Shown: in pieces, positions 19,983 to 29,937 of the stretch
Layout: every line of letters starts with the position of its first letter
Position numbering within the stretch: the stretch's first letter is position 1
Assembly: GCA_964423575.1 (NCBI GenBank)
Contig: CAYRFF010000008.1
Span: 10,669 to 74,668 of the forward strand
Source of the DNA: an uncultured Saprospiraceae bacterium
GTDB lineage: Bacteria > Bacteroidota > Bacteroidia > Chitinophagales > Saprospiraceae
Reading direction: 5' to 3'
DNA length: 64,000 nucleotides
Translations under genes and position numbers: made by a program
Notes under the pieces: generated by a model
The model's input: the letters and a program-made list of their open reading frames with translations, nothing else
Database searches by the model: none
Told to the model about the DNA's origin: nothing

Positions 19983-20831
19983 ATGATGAAGCTTATTGAG
20001 TGCCCACGTGACGCAATGCAGGGAATAAAAGAATTTATTCCTACAGAAAAGAAGGTTGAGTATATCAATACTCTGCTTCAAGTTGGCTATGATACAATCG
20101 ATTTTGGAAGCTTCGTTTCTCCTAAGGCAATTCCACAGATGCGCGATACTGCAGAAGTGTTGGGTCAACTTGATTTGGGCTCTACCCAGACGAAACTTCT
20201 TGCTATTGTAGCCAATTACCGAGGGGCTGTCGATGCTTGCAAACATAAAGAAATTGATTTCCTGGGGTTCCCTTTTTCCATTTCAGAAACCTTTCAACTC
20301 AGGAATACCAACTCAACTATCGCGGAGTCCTTTGATAGTGTAAAAAGGATTGTAGAACTAGCGGATAAGAACGATAAAGAGGTAGTTATCTACATATCAA
20401 TGGGTTTTGGCAATCCTTATGGAGATCCATGGAATACTGAAGTTGTTGAAAACTGGGTGGTTAAAATTGCTGAACTTGGAGTAAAGATTTTTGCTCTTTC
20501 TGATACAATCGGTGTCGCTCAGGACGAGAGTATACGTTATATATTTTCACATCTTATTGAAGAATATCCGGAACTGGAATTTGGAGCGCATTTCCATACT
20601 CGCCCTGAAAGCTGGAGGGAAAAGGTTCATGCAGCTTATGAAAGTGGCTGTAGAAGATATGATGGTGCCATAAAGGGCTATGGAGGATGTCCGATGGCAA
20701 AGGATGACCTTACCGGTAATATGCCTACAGAAATGTTGTTTCATTATATGAGATCAGAAAATATACCATTTGCGATTAACGAAGAAGCATTTGCTAGAGC
20801 TATGCAGATGGTACTTAACATTTTTCCATAG
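19983..20831 (+). CDS. hydroxymethylglutaryl-CoA lyase
   Basis: N-terminal IECPRDAMQG (PRDGxQ-type) motif. HMGL-like TIM-barrel size of 282 aa. Confidence 0.85.
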   Translation: MMKLIECPRDAMQGIKEFIPTEKKVEYINTLLQVGYDTIDFGSFVSPKAIPQMRDTAEVLGQLDLGSTQTKLLAIVANYRGAVDACKHKEIDFLGFPFSISETFQLRNTNSTIAESFDSVKRIVELADKNDKEVVIYISMGFGNPYGDPWNTEVVENWVVKIAELGVKIFALSDTIGVAQDESIRYIFSHLIEEYPELEFGAHFHTRPESWREKVHAAYESGCRRYDGAIKGYGGCPMAKDDLTGNMPTEMLFHYMRSENIPFAINEEAFARAMQMVLNIFP

Positions 20832-20836
20832 AATCC

Positions 20837-21280
20837 ATGATCACCTATTTTACAAAAATTACATTTGGTAGTCCGGCTTATGATGAGGCGCTTAAACTTC
20901 GTTATAAGCTCCTTAGAGAACCACTTGAGATGAGCTACGAAATAGATGATATAGTGCAGGAAACGGATCAAATGCACTTCGGTTTATATAGACTATCTAC
21001 AGATACTTTACTTGCCTGCGCCAGCATTATTCCTGAAGGGGCTCGGTGGAAAATGCGCCAGGTTGCTGTTTCTCCCGAGTATCAAACCAAAGGCTATGGG
21101 CGTTTATTAGTTCTGAAACTGGAACAATTTGCGAAAGCTTCTAAAGCTAAAGAAATATATTGCCACGCACGTATGAGTGTGGACAATTTCTATGAAAAGT
21201 TACAATATCATAAGATAGGAGAAATCTTCAGTGAAGTTACCATCCCACATATTAAAATGGTTAAGAAAATAGACGAATAG
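20837..21280 (+). CDS. GNAT family N-acetyltransferase
   Basis: RQVAVSPEYQTKGYGRLLV acetyl-CoA binding motif. 147 aa. Confidence 0.85.
   Translation: MITYFTKITFGSPAYDEALKLRYKLLREPLEMSYEIDDIVQETDQMHFGLYRLSTDTLLACASIIPEGARWKMRQVAVSPEYQTKGYGRLLVLKLEQFAKASKAKEIYCHARMSVDNFYEKLQYHKIGEIFSEVTIPHIKMVKKIDE
21127..21138 (+). repeat. iterated 12-mer ATTTGYGNAAGC, N=A
   Basis: Exact match. Inside the GNAT CDS, sense, read as TTT GCG AAA GCT (FAKA). Confidence 0.8.
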
Positions 21281-21602
21281 TTATTCTGTTGGAACTATAA
21301 CTAAAGGTACAATAAAACAATGCTAAAAGCCTAATTAAGATCAATCGGGGAATTATTTTTTGTAAAGAATAAATAAAGCTTTACAATTGCCTTTTAGTCA
21401 ATAAATTATTCAGAAAAGATAGGATGATGTGTAGACTTCACCGTATAACACAACAACCTAGCTATAATCAATATTTTGAAGGATGTCGGGCCACTTTTAT
21501 TGACTAGCAATAATAAGAAGGTTATATGGAGTATATAACTCGTGACCTATGTTTGACCGAAAGAAAAAGATGCTATCACTAAAATATTTCTTTTATAAAA
21601 GG

Positions 21603-21610
21603 TAGATTTG
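21603..21610 (+). promoter_or_regulatory. Bacteroidota -7 box TAGATTTG upstream of nhaA
   Basis: Matches TAnnTTTG, 28 nt upstream of ATG 21639. Confidence 0.5.
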
Positions 21611-21638
21611 TGTCGTTGAAACAAGAAAAAGTAATGTA

Positions 21639-22964
21639 ATGAGCGGACAAAAACATTATCCGATTGATAAAATAAACAAGCCACTTCAAAGATTTATCCA
21701 AAACGAAAAAGCAGGTGGTATTGTATTAGGTATAAGTGTAATAATTGCTTTAATATTAGCAAACTCACCACTATCGCAAGCATATTTTAATTTATTAGCT
21801 CACAAGTTTGGCTTTCAATTTGATGGTCAAAGCTATTTGGAATACAACATCCTCCAGTGGATAAACGATGGTTTAATGGCTGTTTTCTTTTTTGTAGTAG
21901 GCCTGGAACTTAAAAGAGAATTTGTAGGTGGAGAACTTTCTCATCCGAGAAAGGCACTTTTACCTATTGTAGCAGCAATAGGAGGGATGCTTGTCCCAGC
22001 ACTCATTTATTTTTCCTTAAATAGTACAGGAGAAGCTTCAAATGGCTGGGGAATACCCATGGCTACCGATATTGCATTTGCATTGGGTGTTTTATATCTA
22101 TTAGGAGATAAGGTTCCGCTTTCTCTAAAGGTGTTTTTAACAGCTTTAGCTATTGTTGATGACATAGGCGCTGTTCTTGTAATTGCTTTATTTTACACTT
22201 CTGATATTTCCGGTATAAGCCTGGCTTTAGGGTTAGGAGCAGTATTTATTATGTTTATCGGAAATAGATTGGGAATACGCAATGTTTTCTTTTATGCGAT
22301 ATTTGGAATCATGGGCGCTTGGATTGCTTTCTTATTGTCAGGCGTTCACGCAACTATTGCTGCTGTTTTAGCTGCGTTTACGATTCCAGCCGATATGAAA
22401 ATAAAAGAGAACCTATATATAACAGATATTAAGAACTATCTTAAAAAGTTTATAGCGACAGACCCTAACGATGAAATACCGACATTGACCAATAATCAAT
22501 TACATATTTTGGAGGAGATTAAAAGAGAGACTAATGAGATAATTCCTCCTTTACAGCGGTTAGAACACGCACTACATCCTCTTGTTACATTTATGATTCT
22601 TCCTATTTTTGCTATTGCCAATGCAGGAGTTTCTCTCGCCATTGATTTTGAGCACCTTTTTAGTTCAAATGTTGCTCTAGGTATTTCGCTTGGTCTTTTA
22701 GTTGGTAAAATTATAGGTGTTGTAGGTTTTACTTTACTAATGGTGAAACTAAAAATAGCACCTTTCCCAACAGGTATGAATACCAGAAATCTTTTTGGAT
22801 TAGGGTTGTTAGCTGCAATCGGCTTTACAATGTCTTTGTTTATAACATCCTTAGCCTTCACGAGTGAAGAATATATGACGCAAGCTAAAATTGGAATTTT
22901 CTTTGCTTCAATTATTGGAGGAATAGCAGGATACTTGATATTGAGTAAGAATTCTAAAAAATAA
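21639..22964 (+). CDS. nhaA: Na+/H+ antiporter NhaA
   Basis: About 12 TM segments and conserved WINDGLMAVFFF, GLELKRE and PMATDIAFALGV motifs. Confidence 0.92.
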   Translation: MSGQKHYPIDKINKPLQRFIQNEKAGGIVLGISVIIALILANSPLSQAYFNLLAHKFGFQFDGQSYLEYNILQWINDGLMAVFFFVVGLELKREFVGGELSHPRKALLPIVAAIGGMLVPALIYFSLNSTGEASNGWGIPMATDIAFALGVLYLLGDKVPLSLKVFLTALAIVDDIGAVLVIALFYTSDISGISLALGLGAVFIMFIGNRLGIRNVFFYAIFGIMGAWIAFLLSGVHATIAAVLAAFTIPADMKIKENLYITDIKNYLKKFIATDPNDEIPTLTNNQLHILEEIKRETNEIIPPLQRLEHALHPLVTFMILPIFAIANAGVSLAIDFEHLFSSNVALGISLGLLVGKIIGVVGFTLLMVKLKIAPFPTGMNTRNLFGLGLLAAIGFTMSLFITSLAFTSEEYMTQAKIGIFFASIIGGIAGYLILSKNSKK

Positions 22965-23258
22965 ATTTTCTTCACGAAGTATAAATTAAGAATGGAAAAG
23001 GTGGACAGTTCATTTTGTTCGTCCTAAATGTTACATAGACAATTATATATTTGTCGTGTTATAAAATAAAACTAAATAGCTTTACTGATATCGGAGGTGA
23101 GTTGAAGACAAGTATTATTTAATCATTTCTATGCTATTCTTTCTAACAAGTTATCATCCTACATATACTTGTTGGCAAAATAGAGTATATCAGGTACAAC
23201 AACGTAACTTAAGTTAAGCTAAAAGACATCAATATTTCAGATTGAGGACTTAAGCTGT

Positions 23259-23266
23259 TATTTTTG
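23259..23266 (+). promoter_or_regulatory. Bacteroidota -7 box TATTTTTG upstream of dusB
   Basis: Matches TAnnTTTG, 19 nt upstream of ATG 23286. Confidence 0.45.
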
Positions 23267-23285
23267 CAATTCTAAGAAAATACTG

Positions 23286-24284
23286 ATGGTTAAAATTGGA
23301 AATATAGAACTGGGGGAGTTCCCTTTTATTCTGGCACCGATGGAAGATGTAAGTGATCCTCCATTCCGTGCTCTTTGCAAGGAACAAGGTTGCGATATGA
23401 TGTATACGGAATTTATTTCTGTAGAAGGATTGATACGAGATGCTGAGAAGTCCGTAAAGAAGCTTGACATATATCCACATGAAAGACCTATTGGCGTTCA
23501 GATATTCGGAGCGGAACTCGACTCGATGATGCGGGCGGCGGAAATTGTCACTGAAGCAAAGCCTGAAGTACTTGACATAAATTATGGTTGCCCTGTTACT
23601 AAGGTTGTAAAAAAAATGGCTGGAGCTGGGATTCTACGCGATGTCGATAAAATGGTAAAATTGACTGATGCTGTCGTTAAAAGCACACACCTTCCTGTTA
23701 CGGTTAAAACTAGACTTGGTTGGGATGATGACAGTAAATACATCGTTGAGGTCGCAGAAAGACTTCAAGATGTCGGAATTCAGGCAATCTCTATCCATGG
23801 TAGAACAAGAAAACAGATGTATAAAGGAACTGCTGATTGGAATCTCATCGCTGAAGTGAAGAATAATCCGCGTATGCATATACCCATATTTGGTAACGGT
23901 GATATTGATGATCATGAGAAAGCTATGGAATATAAAAACAAGTATGGCGTAGACGGGATTATGATTGGAAGGGCAAGTATTGGTAATCCTTGGATTTTCC
24001 GTGAAATAAAACATTATTTTGAAACTGGAGAAAAACTCCCTCGTCCGTCAATTAAGGAACGTGTCGAAGTGATTAAGCAACATATCAGACATTCATTGGA
24101 GTGGAAAGGTGAAAAACTTGGAGTCCTTGAAATGAGACGACATTACAGCAGTTATTTTAAGGGAATCCCCAATATTAAACCGTTTAGAAGCAGATTAGTG
24201 ACTGAGGATGATCCAGAAATTCTATATGCAATCCTGGATGAGATGGAAGAGGAACTTTCCGGCTTTACAGAACTTGTACAGTAA
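23286..24284 (+). CDS. dusB: tRNA dihydrouridine synthase B
   Basis: LAPMEDVSDPPFR, DINYGCP and HGRTR motifs. 332 aa. Confidence 0.9.
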   Translation: MVKIGNIELGEFPFILAPMEDVSDPPFRALCKEQGCDMMYTEFISVEGLIRDAEKSVKKLDIYPHERPIGVQIFGAELDSMMRAAEIVTEAKPEVLDINYGCPVTKVVKKMAGAGILRDVDKMVKLTDAVVKSTHLPVTVKTRLGWDDDSKYIVEVAERLQDVGIQAISIHGRTRKQMYKGTADWNLIAEVKNNPRMHIPIFGNGDIDDHEKAMEYKNKYGVDGIMIGRASIGNPWIFREIKHYFETGEKLPRPSIKERVEVIKQHIRHSLEWKGEKLGVLEMRRHYSSYFKGIPNIKPFRSRLVTEDDPEILYAILDEMEEELSGFTELVQ

Positions 24285-24286
24285 GA

Positions 24287-25723
24287 ATGAGTAATACGAT
24301 TGAATTAAATATTTCAGAGATTGAGTCGCGTTTCTTTGAGGCAATTTATAATGCAGCAGAAAAATTGGCTTGTGATGCATATGTCATCGGTGGTTATGTA
24401 CGAGATCAGATCCTGGGGCGTTCAACCACAGATATTGATATTGTAACAGAGGCTGATGGAATTAAACTTGCCGAAGAAGTTGCAAAACTATTACCGGGTA
24501 ATCCAAATGTTATAGTCTATAAAAACTTTGGTACGGCACTGGTTGAAATTGATAATTATCAATTGGAATTTGTCGGAGCACGAAAAGAATCATATCGCTC
24601 CGGTTCACGCAAACCTAAGGTTTCAAGAGGCACTATTCAGGATGACAGAAACAGAAGGGATTTTACCATAAATGCGCTATCTGTTAAGCTTAACAATAGT
24701 AATAAATATGAAGTTATAGATCCATTTGACGGATTGAATCACCTGCTCAACGAGAAAGTTATTAAAACACCATTGGAACCTGAAGCTACCTTTTCCGATG
24801 ATCCACTGAGAATGATGCGTGCTATACGCTTTGCCACTCAACTTAACTTTAGGATTGATCCAGAGACTTACAAAGCTATTAAAACCCAAGCATATCGACT
24901 GGAAATTGTCTCTCAAGAAAGAATTACAACGGAGTTAAACAAGATAATTGAAGCTGACAAGCCATCGCGTGGATTTGAAATGTTGCTTGATACTGGCTTA
25001 CTGGCAATATTCTTTCCGGAGTTTGTGAAGCTGCACGGAGTTGAAGAAAAGAATGGTAAAGCGCATAAAGACAATTTTTTTCATACTCTTGAAGTGCTAG
25101 ATAACGTAGCAGAAAAATCAGACAACCTATGGTTAAGATGGGCAGCATTATTGCACGATATAGGAAAACCTGACACTAAGCGCTTTAAGAAGGGGACAGG
25201 CTGGACATTTCATGGGCATGATGCATTAGGTGCTAAGATGGTCAAACCAATTTTCAGAAGACTACGCTTGCCTCTTGACCATAAGATGAAATATGTAAGA
25301 AAGCTCGTCAGACTTCATTTAAGGCCAATTGCACTCACATTTGATGGAATTACAGATAGCGCGGTAAGAAGGCTACTATTTGATGCAGGGGAGGAAATTG
25401 ATGATCTGATGATTTTGTGCAGGTCAGATATCACCTCTAAAAATCCCACAAAAGTTAAAAGATACCTTGAAAACTATGAAGATCTCGTATCCTTAATCAA
25501 GGACATAGAGGAAAAGGACAAGCTAAGAAATTGGGAACCGCCAATTGATGGCCAAGAAATCATGGATACATTTGGCTTAAAACCATCTCAGGAAGTGGGT
25601 ATTATTAAAAATAAGATAAGAGAAGCTATCCTCGATGGAAATATCCCTAACGATTATGATTCAGCATATAAATACATGCTTGAACTAGGGGAGCAAATGA
25701 ATTTAAAAGTAGCTACTTCTTAA
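24287..25723 (+). CDS. CCA tRNA nucleotidyltransferase / poly(A) polymerase family protein with HD domain
   Basis: GGYVRDQILGR..DIDIV nucleotidyltransferase motif, RRDFTINAL, and HD domain LLHDIGKP. Confidence 0.88.
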   Translation: MSNTIELNISEIESRFFEAIYNAAEKLACDAYVIGGYVRDQILGRSTTDIDIVTEADGIKLAEEVAKLLPGNPNVIVYKNFGTALVEIDNYQLEFVGARKESYRSGSRKPKVSRGTIQDDRNRRDFTINALSVKLNNSNKYEVIDPFDGLNHLLNEKVIKTPLEPEATFSDDPLRMMRAIRFATQLNFRIDPETYKAIKTQAYRLEIVSQERITTELNKIIEADKPSRGFEMLLDTGLLAIFFPEFVKLHGVEEKNGKAHKDNFFHTLEVLDNVAEKSDNLWLRWAALLHDIGKPDTKRFKKGTGWTFHGHDALGAKMVKPIFRRLRLPLDHKMKYVRKLVRLHLRPIALTFDGITDSAVRRLLFDAGEEIDDLMILCRSDITSKNPTKVKRYLENYEDLVSLIKDIEEKDKLRNWEPPIDGQEIMDTFGLKPSQEVGIIKNKIREAILDGNIPNDYDSAYKYMLELGEQMNLKVATS

Positions 25724-28127
25724 TTATCTTCTGGCTATGCACCGGAGCTCCTCTTTCGTCTAAAATATTTACTATATACATTCCCGGCAAAACCAAGGGT
25801 AATTCTATTTTTTCAGAAAAGTTATTGGCCGGATATTCCTGCACAAGATTTCCATGAAGACTATAAACAAGAATCTTTCCCCTGGATTCAATACCGTCGA
25901 TAGTAAAGACATCATCTACAATTGTCGGATATATATTTATATCAGAAGCAATTGACTTTTTGACGGAAGTATAAACACCCTTTTCCCCGCGAGCTAAACA
26001 ATAAAGTCCCGGACGAACATTCCTATCGATTACAACACCGGAATTGGCACCGGTTTTCATTAATTCATACTCTTTTACTTCATACCAGTCTGAATCCTCA
26101 TTTTCTCTATATAACAACAACAAGCTATCTAAATCTCCATCAAATACATCAAAATCCAGGCTATTGCTATCTGCTGCACTGAAACGGTAGTTCAAGCCAT
26201 ATTCATTGACTCCCGGATTAGCCATTGCAATTTTCCAATAATGGTTTTCAGTCAAAGTGAGACTTTTACTTTCATCCAATAATGGCGGAGGAGAAGTGTA
26301 ATGATGTTCGATTGTTACAATATCAGCTTCCGTATAGTCACTACAGAAAATCGTGACCGGAATAGAAGAATGGCGTAATGATTCTGCTTTATTTACTTCA
26401 GCACTGCTAGTCACTGATGCAAGACATAAATCATAATTTCGGTTTACAACTATTGCAGTAGGCTTTTTATTTACCTGCACATTAAAGGCAGTCTGTTCGT
26501 CTGAAACCATAATTACAGTATCTATGACGGACAAATCTTTAAAGTAAATTGAAATAGGTAGTGGTACATTATTATGGAAATGACCGGAGTGATATTGACT
26601 TTGCCTAATTGTTCCGTTAACCTCATTTCCAAGTTCACTATATTCATAAGATTCAACTGTGAAATCCGACCAGCCCGGACTTAAAATCCAGTCATCAAAG
26701 AAGTCAGTCATGTCCACTCCAGTGCCTTCATAAAGCAAATCCCGGAAAGAATAAGCATTGATATTGCCATAGGTTCGTTCTTCCAGTATGTATTGCATTC
26801 CAGCTTTGAAATTCTCATCGCCTAAGTAGCCTCTCATATTATGCAACATTGCAGCTCCTTTATTATAAGTGTGAACGCCATAAGTAATTCTTTGAGGCAT
26901 GGGAGACAGAGGGAGATAGCCATCATCCGCGATATGAGCTGTCCTGATCATATTTACGTTATTGGAGCGCAATGCATTCCTCGACGCAGTTTTTCCTTCC
27001 AGATACTCTATAACCTGATACTCTGCATAGGCTGAAGGTCCTTCTTTTATCCACATATCAGCATCCGTCTCAAGTGTTACGACATTGCCCCACCAGTGAT
27101 GCGCAAGCTCATGTGAATATAGACCCACATTACTGCCACTTAAGATTCCTTCCGGATAAGCAACTCCGGTAGGGTGTTCCATAGCACCACGTCCGGTCAT
27201 GTGGTAGCCTATGTAATCCCACATATACGGACCGTACCAGGATTCAAGAACATTGAGTGCGTCGTTGAGATTCGCAAAATGTTTCTTCGCATTAGTGCTA
27301 TCCTTGGGTTTAACTACCAGTTGAATAGGGACAGGATTAAATTCACTATCTGCCATGTAATTCACTTCTGTATATGGTCCGGCGGCAATATGACTTAGAT
27401 ATGTGGGGATAGGCTGCGCCATTACATAAGAACGGATAATTGTATCAACTCCGATATGTTCCTCATTGACCAAATCTCCCAATCCATATCCTATGCGGCC
27501 CTTATTGGTTATGATATTATACTTGTAAGTAGAACGCTCTACGAAGTTATCAAAGCAAGGAAACCAAGCACGTCCATAGTTATGTGGAATACAATCTATA
27601 CCGATTCCGAGGTTGTAGGCAACATCATTTTCAAAGTAAAATCCTCCAAATGCACCGCAGGTTATAGGATTTCCATGATAGTAGACGTGAATATTATAAA
27701 CTTCTCCTTTTGATAATGCTTCCGCAAATTTGATTTTAATATACCTGCCATCATAATCCCAGGTCATAGCAAAATCGTCAAAGAAAACACTATCGACGAC
27801 CAAGCCCTCCAAGTCGAATCTAATTTCGTCCTGATCATCCATCATAGGTTTAAAACTTACAATCGTATGAGCAATCAGTAGGCGCGATGAAAATTTGGTT
27901 AAATCCACGGTGATTTCGTAGTTGAGGATATCGAATGTATCGCTCCTTTCCATGCTAGCTCGCAATTCAGCTTTTTCGACTTCCGTCAAAACTCGCTTCT
28001 GCTGGGCATAATGCATTAAGTGACAACCATATTCGGCAGGTTGAGCGCTTAATACCAGACTGAAGAATAAAAGGAATAGTATCATCATAATACTATTAGT
28101 AGTAGGAAATCTTTTGCTGAGTTTCAT
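25713..28127 (-). CDS. M1 family metallopeptidase (aminopeptidase N-like) with T9SS C-terminal domain
   Basis: HELAHHWWGN zinc motif plus downstream WIKEG...E. Signal peptide. C-terminus NIYPTIVDDVFTI...GMYIVNI. Confidence 0.88.
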   Translation of the reverse strand: MKLSKRFPTTNSIMMILFLLFFSLVLSAQPAEYGCHLMHYAQQKRVLTEVEKAELRASMERSDTFDILNYEITVDLTKFSSRLLIAHTIVSFKPMMDDQDEIRFDLEGLVVDSVFFDDFAMTWDYDGRYIKIKFAEALSKGEVYNIHVYYHGNPITCGAFGGFYFENDVAYNLGIGIDCIPHNYGRAWFPCFDNFVERSTYKYNIITNKGRIGYGLGDLVNEEHIGVDTIIRSYVMAQPIPTYLSHIAAGPYTEVNYMADSEFNPVPIQLVVKPKDSTNAKKHFANLNDALNVLESWYGPYMWDYIGYHMTGRGAMEHPTGVAYPEGILSGSNVGLYSHELAHHWWGNVVTLETDADMWIKEGPSAYAEYQVIEYLEGKTASRNALRSNNVNMIRTAHIADDGYLPLSPMPQRITYGVHTYNKGAAMLHNMRGYLGDENFKAGMQYILEERTYGNINAYSFRDLLYEGTGVDMTDFFDDWILSPGWSDFTVESYEYSELGNEVNGTIRQSQYHSGHFHNNVPLPISIYFKDLSVIDTVIMVSDEQTAFNVQVNKKPTAIVVNRNYDLCLASVTSSAEVNKAESLRHSSIPVTIFCSDYTEADIVTIEHHYTSPPPLLDESKSLTLTENHYWKIAMANPGVNEYGLNYRFSAADSNSLDFDVFDGDLDSLLLLYRENEDSDWYEVKEYELMKTGANSGVVIDRNVRPGLYCLARGEKGVYTSVKKSIASDINIYPTIVDDVFTIDGIESRGKILVYSLHGNLVQEYPANNFSEKIELPLVLPGMYIVNILDERGAPVHSQKIIKK
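27718..27729 (-). repeat. iterated 12-mer ATTTGYGNAAGC, N=G
   Basis: Exact match. Inside the M1 peptidase CDS, sense (FAEA). Confidence 0.8.
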
Positions 28128-28154
28128 ATTACACTGATTTTAAACCTGGGTAAA

Positions 28155-29198
28155 TCAATCAAATAGATTATCGTACGAGTCGCTGCTACTGGAGGCGCCT
28201 TTGTCGCGTTTTTGCTTTACCTTTTCTGCTCCTCCACCTACCTCAAAATCAAGATTGAGTGTATCAGATCTCTTACCACTTGCCAGAAGCATGAGTTCGC
28301 TTTCCTTCTCCCACTGCTCTAGCAGTTCCATACCTTTGTCTTCAAAAACTCCTTGTTGCAAGTCGATTGAATTCATAAGTGTACTGGACATTTCCATAAA
28401 ATGTTCCATTTCACCCACCTTGCTGGCAACGTCATCTGCAATTGCGTCAAGAGCTTGGTCAAACATTATACGCTTGTCAGTATCTCCCTTAATAACGTTC
28501 ATTGCCGATCTCATTGCAGAATGGCTGGCACGAATTGCTTTACGCTCTTCTTCTTTAACCTTTACCTGATCCTTGGTATCTTCCAGAAGTATTTCAGAGT
28601 TCTGGTACATTTTGGTCAATACGCGATAAAGAACCTCGAGCTTTTGAAGTAATTCATTGTAGCGAACATTGCTATCCTGAAGCCGTCCTGCTCTGCGGCT
28701 TGCCAGTACAAATTCCTTATTCATTTCCTGATCGCGAGCACGGTGCGCAAGTGCCAGGTTATTCTCGATTTCTTTCTCATTATCGGAAATTATTGTTTGC
28801 AGTTTGCGTATCTGACCTTTTACCTCTCCGATTTGCTTGCTCATCTTCCTCAAGTTCTTCTCCAGGTCATCAACATAATTTTTAAGAATGCCGATAGGAT
28901 CTATAGTAACAAACCAACTGGTTATCTTTCTCATCGCACTCTTATACATATACCACACAAGAGTTCTCATACGTGGATCTAGTATTATATATCCAATAGC
29001 AAACAGAACTAACAGTAGTCCAGTCAGATATAGTAAATTCTCAAAAATCATCGTCAACGCCGGCAATACTCTATAAAGTAAGTAACCAGCACCTACCAAA
29101 AATGCTATAAGAAATATCATTCCTGTAAATCCTTCCGGCCTTTTCCAGAAGGATTTTTGTTCAAAGGCACTATTGTCCAATTGCGGTGTATCTGCCAT
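28155..29198 (-). CDS. PspA/IM30-like coiled-coil protein with two N-terminal TM helices
   Basis: Two hydrophobic helices (GMIFLIAFLVGAGYLLY, LLYLTGLLLVLFAIGYIIL), then DPIGILKNYVDDLEKNLRKM...QIRKLQ, which resembles the PspA N-terminal helix-1 signature. Long heptad-rich region and an acidic Ser-rich tail. Confidence 0.5.
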   Translation of the reverse strand: MADTPQLDNSAFEQKSFWKRPEGFTGMIFLIAFLVGAGYLLYRVLPALTMIFENLLYLTGLLLVLFAIGYIILDPRMRTLVWYMYKSAMRKITSWFVTIDPIGILKNYVDDLEKNLRKMSKQIGEVKGQIRKLQTIISDNEKEIENNLALAHRARDQEMNKEFVLASRRAGRLQDSNVRYNELLQKLEVLYRVLTKMYQNSEILLEDTKDQVKVKEEERKAIRASHSAMRSAMNVIKGDTDKRIMFDQALDAIADDVASKVGEMEHFMEMSSTLMNSIDLQQGVFEDKGMELLEQWEKESELMLLASGKRSDTLNLDFEVGGGAEKVKQKRDKGASSSSDSYDNLFD

Positions 29199-29204
29199 AA
29201 TGTT

Positions 29205-29762
29205 TTACTTCTTTAATACTTGTTTATATGATTCAATATCCTGAAGAATTTCAGTACTTACTGCTTGAAAAGCGTTTTGAAATCTGACCTGAGTAGAAGA
29301 GATTACTTCTTTGCTTTCATCAATTTCGTTTTCTGCAGTACTGATAAGTTCGGTCATTTCCTCACTATTCTTCTCCAATTCATTTATTTTGTCCTGAATC
29401 AGCTTGATTTTCTCACGTAACTTTTCAATCTGGAGTTTTCTCTTTTCTATACGTTCTTCTACTTGCTTTTGTAGTGCCAGGCCAAATTTCTGCTTTTCTC
29501 CCTGTAAAACTTCTTGATAATGCTCAGCTGATTTAAAGAGTTTAGACTCGGTTAATCCCATGGAAGAAGCTGTAACAAATGCAGATTTAATAGCTATTTC
29601 TCTCTCGACGCCCATCGATGTAAGCTGATTCAGAGAATGCTTAAATTCGAGATAATCAAATCCTTCCAGGTTATTCTTTTCAATTGCTTTAACCAATTGC
29701 CTTACAACATTATCATCGAGATCTTTTGCACTTTCAAACAAATTGTCAATTGATATATTCAT
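29205..29762 (-). CDS. coiled-coil hypothetical protein, apparently co-transcribed with the PspA-like gene
   Basis: 185 aa with a small helical N-domain followed by a K/E-rich coiled coil. Only 6 nt separate it from the downstream gene. Confidence 0.55.
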   Translation of the reverse strand: MNISIDNLFESAKDLDDNVVRQLVKAIEKNNLEGFDYLEFKHSLNQLTSMGVEREIAIKSAFVTASSMGLTESKLFKSAEHYQEVLQGEKQKFGLALQKQVEERIEKRKLQIEKLREKIKLIQDKINELEKNSEEMTELISTAENEIDESKEVISSTQVRFQNAFQAVSTEILQDIESYKQVLKK

Positions 29763-29937
29763 GAGTCCATCCTTAATTTTATTGGATGTAAATATAGGAA
29801 TTTATTTCTGGAATAAGTTTAGACAGAAATATTTATCAGGTATTATCCTCACTGAGCTTGTTCAAGCTGATTTTCATCTTTATAAGGGAGGGAAAGTCAA
29901 ATAATGTTCTTTAATCGAATCCTTATGCGGCATCTAA

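Noticed and set aside
22496-22975. 159-aa minus-strand ORF overlapping the 3-prime part of nhaA
   Set aside because: nhaA carries unmistakable conserved motifs on the plus strand. The antisense ORF has no recognisable features.
28201-29076. Five plus-strand ORFs (61-122 aa) stacked inside the PspA-like gene
   Set aside because: They are S/L/C-rich low-complexity mirror images of a K/E-rich coiled-coil gene on the minus strand. They overlap one another in different frames and carry no motifs or signals.
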